From Saprolegnia diclina VS20 (lineage: Eukaryota), in contig NW_008246074.1 in the NCBI RefSeq assembly GCF_000281045.1, positions 386,400 through 442,221 on the forward strand: 55,822 bases of DNA, written 5' to 3'. How positions within the stretch are numbered: the stretch's first letter is position 1; every line of letters begins with the position of its first letter. This document shows positions 12,177 through 22,662 of the stretch, in pieces. A program made the translations under genes and the position numbers. The notes under the pieces were generated by a model. The model ran no database searches. It was not told where the DNA came from and saw only the letters and a list, made by a program, of their open reading frames with translations.

Positions 12177-13164
12177 TTATTCATGCTTGGCGCGCTTCGC
12201 TTTGGGCGGCGCGGTCGCGTCTTGGTGGCGCTTGAGCGCCGCTTTGGACCGTGCAAAGACCAGGCTGGTTTCAGTCGACTCGGTATTGCTAAAGGCGTAG
12301 CCTTCGAGGTCGAACGCTCTGAGTGCGGCGATCGAGCTCAATCGACGTGTCGATACGTAGTGCACCATGAGGCCCCGCGCCCGCTTCGCAAACGCCGACT
12401 TGATCTTGCCGTCGTCCTTGAAGACAACGTCGACGATGAGAATCGACGGGTCCAGCGCCGACTTGTCGACGCTCTTAAAGTATTCTTGCGACGCGACGTT
12501 GAGGAGGATCTTCGTGTCGCCTTCTGGCGCAGTGGCGAAGAGGTCGTTGAGCTCTCTCGCGATCGTATTGCCCCAAAACATATACAGGTCCTTGCCGCGT
12601 GCGTTTGCAAATTTCTGGCCCATCTCGAGGCGGTACGGCTGGATGAGGTCGAGCGGCCGCAGGATGCCTAGGTACGTGGGTAGGAGTTTGCACATCGCGA
12701 TGGCTCGGCGCCGCACCGTAGAGGCCGCAAAGGATGCGCAAGTGGTCTTGGACATACGCGACGTCGTCGGTTGAAAACGAGGCGGCCTGGATGCCCTTGT
12801 AGGCAGGGCCATCAAAGGCGAAGAGTGCCTACATGAGGACAGAATCGCTCGATGCGGATCATGGCTATACCTGCTTGAAGGTGTCGGAGGGAGACGAGGC
12901 GTCGGCGTGATCGACAAAGTGCTTGTACCGGTCGTGATTGAGCTTGGCGAGCGCGTCGCTAACGCCCAGCAAACCCTTGAGCTTGGCTGGCGTGAGCTTG
13001 CGTAGGTCCTGGACCTAATGTGGCGCATGCGTCATGCACTTTTGGCTGCGTCGACGCCGTACCAGGATGGAGGCCTCGTCGAGGAACTTGGGCTGCGTAC
13101 ATGTCCTGAGCTTGGGCAGGGCCAAGTCCAGCGTCTTGGCCGGCGAAAGCACCATCACGAGCAT
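12177..13164 (-). CDS. yaaA: YaaA / UPF0246 (DUF328) peroxide-stress DNA-binding protein homolog (multi-exon)
   Basis: MVLSPAKTLD, ILCGLYG|ILRPLDLIQPYRLEMG, LLNVASQEYFK, AKRARGLMV, FDLEGY. Interrupted by GT-AG introns. Confidence 0.9.
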
Positions 13165-13206
13165 CGTGGTCGGACCCGTTGGCTTGTTGGCGCTGGTGGG
13201 TGGATT

Positions 13207-13245
13207 TCCGGATAACTTAGAATCCGGATACTCTCATTATCCGGA
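13207..13245. promoter_or_regulatory. Triple TCCGGATA motif cluster upstream of yaaA
   Basis: TCCGGATA at 13207 and 13223, and TATCCGGA at 13238, 43-80 bp before the ATG. The same motif precedes several other genes. Confidence 0.55.
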
Positions 13246-14329
13246 AGATCACCACCGACGCTTATGGGTCAGCAAACAAGCAAGGTGGTCGAGGCAGGCG
13301 CAGCATGTCGCGCCGGACACTGGCGAGCAACCCAAGCTTTCTCTGACAAATGCGCGTCCACGGATTAGTTATCAGCTCTGGAGGGTAGAAAGGACTGTCG
13401 GTTTTACGCCGCGGTTTTGTATCGCTGCGTTCTCGTGCTGCCACGTATGCGATGATGCCATCTTGACGTTGACGTTGTCCGAAATGGTAACACGGCACAC
13501 GATGGGCGGCAAGCTACCGCGGCGACTCGGGTTTTCTCTCTATTACGCACGCCGCGGCAGCCATGCAAGCGCGTGGCAGAGAAGAGACTGCCACGTAGAG
13601 TCCCACGCCAAACCACCACAGTACTAGTACTCGTTAACACAAATGAGGTACTAGGACGTTATGGTCATAATAGCGCATGGACATGAGGTGCCGTTGCAGC
13701 CCAAGCTAGCGTTAGAGAACTTGGTGAGCTGTGGTGGTGGGCAAACAGCAGTTGAAGAAGACGCCTCGTGTAGACGTAGACGATGAACGAAGGCGTCGTT
13801 TTCTGGGTTCGAACCTCAACGAGCGCATTCTTTAGGGCAAAAGAAACGCAGCACGAGACATGGCAACTATCCACGGAATCTCTCCCGTTCGGCGGGGTAC
13901 GCCTCGCGATGGAACAAGGACGAACATTTTCGCGTGCATATTCGGCCAGGTGGGCGATCGCTACACCGGGTCACGTGCCCCGGGGCCGATTGCGAGGCCG
14001 GTTAATCGCACGCAAATTTGTCGTCGTCCGTGTCCCAGCAAAGCCAGTGGGAAGGCGCGGTGCCCCGGTCGCGTCTGCAAAGGGCGACGTCAACGACGAG
14101 TGGCGGACAACGTTGTGGTCGTCGACGGGCGTGGTGGCTAATCGGCCCGATTACTGTGGCGCTTATAATCGCTGCGTTTACGAGCGCCAGGCGGCGACAC
14201 CCTCGCCCAATGAAAAGCTGCGTGTCGCATAGATCGGACCCACGGCCACATCGCCATGAGACTTGAAGTTTGTATAGTGTCTGTCACACTGCTCCCGGCG
14301 CTTCACCAGCGACGTCGTTAATAACCTCA

Positions 14330-14347
14330 GCTCACTTTCCAACTTTC
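14330..14347 (+). promoter_or_regulatory. Oomycete INR + FPR core promoter element
   Basis: GCTCACTTTCCAACTTTC about 10 bp before ATG 14358 resembles the oomycete consensus GCTCAYTYYNCAWTTT. Confidence 0.55.
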
Positions 14348-14357
14348 TCTTTTCAGC

Positions 14358-14894
14358 ATGGACGCCACCCAGAAGCGCGATATCATCATCAGCAACTCGA
14401 CCACGTCGGGTCTCAAGGCCTCGGCGATTGCTGGCGTCACGGCCGGCTCGCTCGTCACCCTCGCCCATCATCAATCGCCGTGGTTCCGCAACCGACTCGG
14501 CGTGAGTGGCAAGGTCGGCCTCGCGGTCATGGCTTCGCTGGCGACGTTCGCGATCGTCGCCGAGCAGGACCTTCTCAAGGGCAGCCGCAACCCGGACGCG
14601 TACATCGCCGAGCTCAACGAGACCGAGACCAAGCAGGTCATCAAGAGCGACAACCACCTGCCGCTGTACCAGCAGGCCGCCAACTACGTCTACGACTACC
14701 CGTTCCGCACGCTCGTGTGCTCGGCCGCGCCACTCGTCGGCCTCATCTTCCTCGACCAGAGCCGCAACGCCAACATCCAGTTCTCGCAAAAGATCATGCA
14801 CACGCGCATTTACGGCCAGGGCTCGTGCGTCGTCCTGCTCCTCGGCACGATGGCGTTCCACGACTGGATGACCAAGCGCGGCCGCTTCGAGTAA
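14358..14894 (+). CDS. HIG1-domain mitochondrial membrane protein (Rcf2-like), paralog 1
   Basis: Intronless 178 aa, two hydrophobic hairpins, SQKIMHTRIYGQ HIG1-type signature. Confidence 0.8.
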   Translation: MDATQKRDIIISNSTTSGLKASAIAGVTAGSLVTLAHHQSPWFRNRLGVSGKVGLAVMASLATFAIVAEQDLLKGSRNPDAYIAELNETETKQVIKSDNHLPLYQQAANYVYDYPFRTLVCSAAPLVGLIFLDQSRNANIQFSQKIMHTRIYGQGSCVVLLLGTMAFHDWMTKRGRFE

Positions 14895-15233
14895 GCTCAC
14901 TCGGTCCTCTTAGTCCATCGGAAGCCGGACCATAGCAGTAGTAGAACAGACGCATTGTAGGTCGTCACCACCCTCATCCTCATCATATATCTATCTATGC
15001 ACGTACAACCCCGACTTCACGTCGCTTCATCCACAGCGCTGCCACGCCATGGGCGCTGATTGGTCAAATGTACGGAACAATTCGATATTTCCTGCAAGGC
15101 CATTGGCCGAAGGCGTCTCGTCGACCCCAGCGCGCACAGCTAGCGTGCACAGAAACACGCAACCGGCGCACGGCGCCAGTCAAATTTGCCGCTGTCCTTC
15201 CACTACAGCGTACCAGTACTAACTTCAGACAGC

Positions 15234-15779
15234 ATGAGCAGCTCGAGCATCAAGCGCGACATCATCACGGCCAACTCGCTCGTCGTCGGGCTCCAGGCCA
15301 GCGTCGTCTCGGCCGCCACGATGGGCGCCGTCGTGTTCGCCGCCAACCAGACCTCGGCCACATTCCGCAACCGCCTCGGCCTCAGCGGCAAACTTGGCTT
15401 CGTCGCCATGGCGGGCCTCGCGGGCTTCTTCATTGCGGGCGAGCAGGACCTCCTTAAGGGCAGCCGCAACCCGGACGCGTACATCGCCGAGCTCGAGGGC
15501 AATACGACTGCCACGGCCACCGTCGCGTCGACGCGCAAGTCGCTCGGTCTGCACCACCAGCTCGCCAACTACGTGTACGACAACCCGTTCAAGAGCCTCA
15601 CGTGCATGGCGACGCCGCTCGTCGGGTTCATCTACCTCGACCAGAGCCGCAACGCCAACATCCAGTTCTCGCAGAAGATCATGCACACGCGCATTTACGG
15701 CCAAGGCGCCTGCGTCGTCTTGCTGCTGAGCACGATGGCGTTCCACGACTACATGTCCAAGCGCGGGCACTTTGAGTAA
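15234..15779 (+). CDS. HIG1-domain mitochondrial membrane protein (Rcf2-like), paralog 2
   Basis: MSSSSIKRDII..., same SQKIMHTRIYGQ motif, N-terminal half more diverged than the other two copies. Confidence 0.8.
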   Translation: MSSSSIKRDIITANSLVVGLQASVVSAATMGAVVFAANQTSATFRNRLGLSGKLGFVAMAGLAGFFIAGEQDLLKGSRNPDAYIAELEGNTTATATVASTRKSLGLHHQLANYVYDNPFKSLTCMATPLVGFIYLDQSRNANIQFSQKIMHTRIYGQGACVVLLLSTMAFHDYMSKRGHFE

Positions 15780-16311
15780 AGGCGATCTATTTGCCGCCGA
15801 CTACATTTATAGAATTTCACCGAATGACCAAATGGCGCACTTGATAACTTGATGTACCCACGCCTGTGCATGTCTTCGTCGCCGACCCAACGAGCGCCAC
15901 GACGAGCAAAAGACACGGGTCATGTACTTGGCACCCAATCTCTCCGCGTGCATATAATAGCTGGTACAGCTAACTCCTATCTGCTGCGAAAAAGGCAGGT
16001 ACCTACCTCCTCCCCGTGCAAGCAATATACAGCCAGCAGCACGTTGCATCCAACGTTGTGGCCTCCGATCGGAAGCGACCTGAGGTCAACGCCGTGACGC
16101 CGCCAACGTGGCGTCCCTCCCTGCCTGCCACCGGTTTGTTCAAACCCGACGGTTGCGCTAACAACGACGACGACGACGACGGCGCCCGCCTGTCTACCAA
16201 GATGGCGTCCCTTCGCCCTAAAAATACAACCGGCCAATGAGAGGCCGATAAGAGTATCTACCTTGGTCACATTTCCTTTTGTTGTCTCCACCACAGACCC
16301 CAGATAGTAGT

Positions 16312-16863
16312 ATGAGCAGCAGCCCGCTGAGCCCGAACGCCAAGCGCGACGCGATCATCAGCAACTCGACGACGCAGGGTATCAAGGCTGCGGCGATCGC
16401 TGGCGTCACCGCTGGCTCGCTCGTCGCGGTCGCCCATCACCAATCCCCGTGGTTCCGGAATCGCCTCGGTGTCAGCGGCAAGGTTGGCCTCGCGGTGATG
16501 GCCTCGCTCGCCTCCTTTGCAATCGTCGCCGAGCAGGATCTTCTCCGAGGCAGCCGCAACCCGGACGCGTACTTGGCCGAGCTCCTCGAAGACAACGCGC
16601 CGATTGCGGCCAAGCCCGACCACCACCTGCCGCTGCACCAACGCGCGGCCAACTACGTGTACGACTACCCGTTCCGGACGCTCGTGTGCTCGGCTACACC
16701 GCTCGTCGGCCTCATCTTCTTTGACCAGAGCCGCAACGCCAACATCCAGTTCTCGCAGAAGATCATGCACACGCGCATTTACGGCCAGGGCTCGTGCGTC
16801 GTCCTGCTTCTCGGCACAATGGCGTTCCACGACTGGATGTCGAAGCGCGGTCGCTTCGAGTAG
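16312..16863 (+). CDS. HIG1-domain mitochondrial membrane protein (Rcf2-like), paralog 3
   Basis: MSSSPLSPNAKRDAII..., closely similar to paralog 1. Confidence 0.8.
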   Translation: MSSSPLSPNAKRDAIISNSTTQGIKAAAIAGVTAGSLVAVAHHQSPWFRNRLGVSGKVGLAVMASLASFAIVAEQDLLRGSRNPDAYLAELLEDNAPIAAKPDHHLPLHQRAANYVYDYPFRTLVCSATPLVGLIFFDQSRNANIQFSQKIMHTRIYGQGSCVVLLLGTMAFHDWMSKRGRFE

Positions 16864-16941
16864 ATGGTAGAGTCTTCTCGATGGACGCCCGCAATAACAA
16901 GATAAACACCATCGAGACTACCCACCATACTTGGTTACATC

Positions 16942-19170
16942 TTAGACGCCGGCGTCCGCAGCGATCTTGGCCTTCTTGGACGTTGCCTCGCGCCGCTTGT
17001 AGAAGAGCACGTACGGCGTATCGGTGGTCGCATGGGCGAGTGCGCTCTCGACCATGGCGTCGTCGACGCGGGCGACGTGGCTATCGTTGAGCAAGTGCCA
17101 GTCCTACCCAGCAAACCAAGATCTTGTTGGCGTGTCGGCAAGGATGGTGTCGTACCGAGTCGGGCAGGTGGCGGGCGTACGTGTAGTAGTGTCCGTGGTC
17201 GGCCCGCGTGCCGGCGTGGACGATGGCTGCATACAGATCGTACGGCACGTCGCCATGGACCGTCGGCAGGACAACGGGCTCTCGGCAGTCGACCGCCGTG
17301 CACACCTTTTCACGTGCGCCGCTATTTGGTGTTGGCAGTCAGCATTTGTATCGGTTGGCGTACCGAAGGCGGTTGTACTCGAACCGGTTGATCGACACGA
17401 GGAGGTGCGTCGGTGCGCGCTCGACCGAAATCCGCTTGGTCGCGCTGCCGCTGCACTGGCAGATGTCGCAAAAGTAGGCATTCTCGAGCCTACACAAAAC
17501 ATGTCTTGATACATTGATATTTTTCGATCGTGGTACCGCGACGAGAGCTCTTCCGGATCAAACTGCGCGCGGACAAGGTCGGCGAGGACTGGCGTCGATG
17601 CGACGGACGCACGTATGGGAATATGGAGGTCCGTAAACTCTTCGTTGGCGGACGAGGCCGTTGAGCACGTGTCGCACGTGATGGTTCGTAGCGTCGACCC
17701 TTGAAAGACGTCGTGGAGCGCGACGGCCTTGTCGCTCTCAAGAGCGTCGAGGAGGTAGTGCAGAAACTCGGCCGCGTCCTGCTGCCGTGTCGTCTGGTAC
17801 TCGGGGAGGAGCACGCTTCGAAACCTACAACCGCCAACTTTTTTTCAGTTTTTTTCAGAAAATCCAATAAAAATTAACAGACCGCTCCATGGTGCGCGCG
17901 TCGAGCCAGCTGCTGCTGCTCGCTTGCATGCGCCCGAGAAGCGCACAAAACTCGGCCACGACGCCGGGTTTCGCGCTGTTTCGCGTGGCAAACAGCCGCC
18001 GCATCGCCGGCGTCCAATACAAACCCTACCCCGCGTCTGTGATTGGCGTCGTAAGCGTCGTCGTACCTGCAGCACCGCATTCATATAGCACGAGTTACCA
18101 ATGTTCTTGAGCCCGATCGCATCCGAGTGCTGACGCACCGGCGCGCTCGTAGCATGCTGCGCACCCGCGTCGTCAGAGGCGAAAAACGGCGACGCGGCCG
18201 CGACCGCGCAGTTGGTCCACCGGCGCGCGTCGACGTACGTTTCTACCACATTTGCATGAGCACATTGTGCTGGTGCGAGGAGGGTCTATGCACCGACGAC
18301 GAAGTCGGTTGGCAGTGGCGGCAACTGCGCCATGAGCATGCGCAGTGGTGCTTGCAAGAGCGGGTGCCCCGGGAAAGCAAATAAGAGTCCATGCAGTAGC
18401 TTTTGGAGATGCATAAGCGATTTGGAGGCAAACGGCGGCGATGCATGTGGCCAGCGGGCAATGCGATCATAAAAATGAGCATAACACGTCAGGAAGACGT
18501 CAGCGTTCTCTTGGTAGCCGAGGAAAATGGTCTCGAGCACGACAAGGCTGCCGTCGGCTGTGCGTGGATCGTCGAGTTGCTCGGCGGCCGTCAGCAGCAC
18601 GTCGATGCCACCCTTGAGCAGCACGGCCCACGCTTCGCTTGCGACGACGCAGAGAAGGAGCTCGCGGAGCCAGTCGCCAGCAAAACCGAGCAGCGGAATG
18701 CGACCCGCCTTGATGAGCATTTCGGCGAGCTGCGGCGGCTTGAGACACAAGGCTGAGAGCGGCAAATCGCGGCCAAAAGCTGGCGCGGGGCACTCGTGGA
18801 AGATGCGGTGGAGGCGCCCGGCGTCGGCTGGCGTCCGAAATGCAACGAAGAGCAAAAGCACCTTGGTCGCGCTGCGCCACTCGTCCAGCCGCGTCTCCGT
18901 ACGCATCCAGCCAAAGCAAGCGCGCTCTTCGTCGTCGTCGTCGTTCGATGGACTGCTGATGTACCGGCGAAAGGCCACAAGGAACTGACCGCGGAGCTGG
19001 CGCAGGCCATGCTGCGCGGGCGCCGCCGGCCACACTGCCCAGAGCACACCTGCCACTGCCACCTCTTGCTCCTGCGTGAGGCCGCCCTTCAAGAGGATGT
19101 GGTCCAGGTACTGCACCTTGACGTCGTCCGGGTGCTCGCTCCTGAGGAGCGCGGTCACGATGGCGTCCAT
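16942..19170 (-). CDS. Ubiquitin-specific protease, USP35/USP38-like (multi-exon)
   Basis: N-terminus MDAIVTALLRSEHPDDVK resembles USP35/38. Cys box GLKNIGNSCYMNAVLQ, QQDAAEFL, YDLYAAIVHAG...HGHYYTYAR, WHLLNDS, TPYVLFYKR. Confidence 0.88.
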
Positions 19171-19261
19171 CGTCCTTGCGGATCTGTCGGACAGCGTATG
19201 CGGATGCCATCCGGATACCGTTTGCCCGTTTGCTTTTCTGCGATCTCCAAGCCAAGTGCGC
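19171..19261. promoter_or_regulatory. 91-bp bidirectional promoter between the USP and Vti1-like genes, with central TCCGGATA
   Basis: Divergent ATGs at 19170 (-) and 19262 (+); motif at 19210-19217. Confidence 0.6.
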
Positions 19262-20014
19262 ATGTCGGCGATTGTGACCGAGTACCTGGCCGAGTTTGAC
19301 GCGTTGGCCGAGGCCATCGACGGCGCGCTGCTGGCGGCGTCTGTAGAGCGCCGAGGCCGAGGTGCGTCGCTCCTGTAGCTCCCAAGAGAAGGCCATAACC
19401 GTCTCCTCGTGGCCATAGATGCGGCGACAGCCGCGATGGTGACCGAAGCCAGCGAGCTGGTAGACCCGGCTGCAGCCATGCGCAACGTGGTGCGTCTTGA
19501 GCCTACTAACACCATGCGCGTAGATGCAACAAACTCAGCTGCATTTGCGCAGCCTGAATGTGGCTGCGCGGCGGCCGTTTGCCGACAAGATCCTGCGCAA
19601 CGCGGCGCGCCTCGCCGCTTGGTCCGAGCCGCCGCAGGATGACAGGAGCGAGCTCGTTGGCGACGCTGCGATGCGCCGTCGTATGCAAGGCGCAACGCAG
19701 ACGTACGTTCCGAGAGGTAGCATCGCGTGACGGGTGCGTGATGTAGGTTGCGGCGCACGGGCGACCTCATTGCAGCGGCGCAGAGCAGCGTGCTTGAGGC
19801 CGAGGCCACAGGTAGACCATATCCTCGGTTGTTCGTTGTACGACGCTTGGCGATGATGCGCTTCGCAGGCCATGCGATCCAAGCCGAGCTCAGCCGGAAC
19901 CGCGAAACACTCGAGCATACGCAGGCCAAGGTCTCGGCAGTCAATGCGATGGCGCAGGCCAGCGACGCGCTCCTCACACGCATGACGTCGCGCTGGTCGT
20001 TTTGGCGAACATGA
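19262..20014 (+). CDS. VTI1: Vti1-like Qb-SNARE, apparently lacking a transmembrane anchor (multi-exon)
   Basis: Habc-like EASELMQQTQLHLRSL and SNARE motif AQSSVLEAEATGHAIQAELSRNRETLEHTQAKV...LLTRMTSRW. Four GT-AG introns keep the frame. Confidence 0.7.
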
Positions 20015-20808
20015 ACGTTGATATTGCCCTTTTATATTTCCTGTGTTGAAGTCGACTCTGAGCTCCACATGCGAGGGGCCAATGCTTGCACGGTACTGCT
20101 ACATGTCTACAGTCCCAGCGGTACGGCGCAAGCGCCTAGCTTTTGATTGTTGCCACAGCTAGAGAAAAGATCGATGCGACTCACTCCAAGGGCGAGGCGG
20201 GTTGACAAGTTGGTACTTTTGTACTTGGTGATTCCAGGCGACCGTCCTCCTTGCATCATGTCCACCACGACGCGCCGCCGACCATCGTCCTTGGGCTCAC
20301 GCATGCAGTGTCCTTGAAGGCATTGCTTGTTGCGTGGCGACACTCAAGGCCTTCCCAGCATGCTCCCTGCCACAAGCTTGAACGCGCCAATGGCGGCGCT
20401 CCTTTGGTGTCAGGTTCTTTATCATAGAACTAGGAAGACGACACCGCACGAGTCGTTTCGAAGCTTCGAGTCGACTGCGCGTCGTTGTGTGTTTCCTAGT
20501 CGGACTATAGAAGCCGTTAGTGCACACCAGATTCGTTGTCGATGATAACGTTATGGTCGATGACACGCACGTTTTTAGGGGTAGGGGAAGGGTTGTTGTA
20601 GGGGTAGGGGAAGCATTGTCCTTGGCAATATTGTTTCGAACTCGTACTCTACAGGTCATCACGTGGCAAGAAGGACTTGCATGCATGACCACACTAGGCT
20701 AATAACGATCCTTGCACGTACAGTGTAGTCCTTGCCACCGCGGTGTTGAGAGTATTGTATCATAATTTACTTGGACGAAAATGAATGAACGAGGAGATAC
20801 GTTGTCGC

Positions 20809-21753
20809 CTAAGCACCGGCCACGGGGCTCTCGAGCACAATGCAGCGCATGCGCTCGGTCGTGCGACCGTAGCGGTACCGAATGTGGCGCTTGGCCGCCT
20901 CGGTTCGGAATTTTCTGCTGCGAGTCGATGGCAGCTCGATCGAGACGCGCCGACATGTCGCAAGCGCTTCGCCCAGGGCCAAGTAGCCCTGCACGGTCAG
21001 CCGAGCATGTTTGATTTCAAGCATGACGCCAAGCGCGCTCGTTGTACGAGGCAGCGCTGCAGCCAGCACCAACGCTTGGGCGTCTCGGATGCTGCCATCG
21101 AAGAATGTGATCTTCCATGCACCGCGGCGGATCCAGTCGGCCATCGACATCAAGATGAAGTCGACAATCGATGCAGGCTGCGAGCTAGTGATCGCGAGAG
21201 GCCGGGCGCCGTGGAGAGGCGTCGTGACAGCCTCGAAGAACGCAATGGCCGACGAAGCGTCGATCGCACGGCTCGTGTCGACGACTCGGAGCTTGAAGCA
21301 CTGACGCAAGATAGCACACAGCTGGCACCGGTCGTAGACAACGTCGTCTTCAACGTGCTTGTAGTGTGTGAGCTTGGAGCTCCACAGCGCAAGCCACTCC
21401 AAGGCGTCGAGGCCGCTGGGTCGAGCGGCGTTCAAGGTACCAGCACTGGCGCACGGGAAGAGTGGAAGCGCGTCGCGCACCAGACTCGCGGCTGCAGGCG
21501 TGATCAGATCCAGGTGCAGGAGAGGCCAGAGCGCATCCACAGGCTCCGACTCCGTTGCCAGAACATGTCGCCGGGGGTCTTGAAGCAGCATGTAGAGCGC
21601 GGCCAGCGGGACGCTGCGCGACGAGGCCGGAAGCGCAGCAAGGAAGGCCATGACGCCCTTGGCAGCAGGGATGTATCGGGCGATGTCCACAAGGACGTGG
21701 TCGAGGCCCAGGACCGTCGGCGGTGTCGTGGCTTGGCGCTTGCTACTGCTCAT
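20809..21753 (-). CDS. Lineage-expanded LWP-motif / RNI-like LRR family protein, internally deleted copy
   Basis: 314-aa ORF that aligns at both ends with 24941-26431 but lacks about 180 central residues. Confidence 0.7.
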   Translation of the reverse strand: MSSSKRQATTPPTVLGLDHVLVDIARYIPAAKGVMAFLAALPASSRSVPLAALYMLLQDPRRHVLATESEPVDALWPLLHLDLITPAAASLVRDALPLFPCASAGTLNAARPSGLDALEWLALWSSKLTHYKHVEDDVVYDRCQLCAILRQCFKLRVVDTSRAIDASSAIAFFEAVTTPLHGARPLAITSSQPASIVDFILMSMADWIRRGAWKITFFDGSIRDAQALVLAAALPRTTSALGVMLEIKHARLTVQGYLALGEALATCRRVSIELPSTRSRKFRTEAAKRHIRYRYGRTTERMRCIVLESPVAGA

Positions 21754-22325
21754 GCTGGATCGGTTGGGATTCTGAAGAATCCTCCCTCAAACTCAATCTC
21801 AACACGTAAAACTCAATCGCGCTTTTTCTCAAGCGCGTAGTTCACCCACCCGAGCAAAAGGCATGGCATCAACGTCAAACGACTTCGTTTATCGTATGGC
21901 TCCTACAGCGCCGTGTAGCGACGTACGTCCTTCCCACCCCATTGCTCAATGTTTTGTACTAGCATTCCCTAGTCGACTACAGGTTATAGTATTACCTCAT
22001 AACCAGCAGTCGCTACAAACATTAGCCCTCGATTGGTACATACCACCGACTGCAGCCATCGCAATATCGCTTGGTTGAATGCATAGCTTGGAAGACATGT
22101 CACTAGCGCCTCGGCTCTCCATCGTACGAGTTGGAGGCTAAAGGCTGGGTTCGTCGTAGACCTTCGGTACCCCGACGCTGACCAAGTAGTCGCGCGTGCG
22201 GCGCATGTGAGCTCGGGCAATGCGCTCGTCCGGTTGATACGCCCGTTCCGGATTCCGGACTGTCGGGAGCGTGCCACGTCATACTAGTACATGTTTTCAA
22301 CCAATCAGACTCGCCGGATAAGTCC

Positions 22326-22662
22326 ATGAGTGAGAAGCGCCGCCGCCGACATCGACCCCGGCACTTGGCTTCACCCACGTGCTTGAGGAGAATGTTTGCT
22401 GCTGCGCTGCACCTAGCGACGTGCTGTCCTTCCTCAGTGCGCTGCCGGCGTCGACGTGGAGCGCGCCTCTGACGGCGCTCGACCAGCTTCTGCAAGCACC
22501 GCACACTGCCATCGACCACATTGGCGACAGCAACCCGCTGGACTATCTCTGGCCACGACTGGAGCTACAGAGCGTTGTACCACAAGCCACTTCGCTCGTG
22601 AATAGGACCATGCCGATTTTCAGCGCCGTCCGCCTCCACAACCTGCACGCACGCAATCACAT
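22326..22662 (+). pseudogene. Frameshifted, truncated third copy of the LWP-motif family
   Basis: ATG 22326 is out of frame with LGFTHVLEE...FLSALP...LDYLWPRLEL...TSLVNRTMPIFSAV. Homology stops abruptly near 22660. Confidence 0.75.

Noticed and set aside
19171..19983. N-terminal extension of the 565-aa minus ORF
   Set aside because: It is antisense to the Vti1-like gene; USP35/38-like homology starts at 19170.
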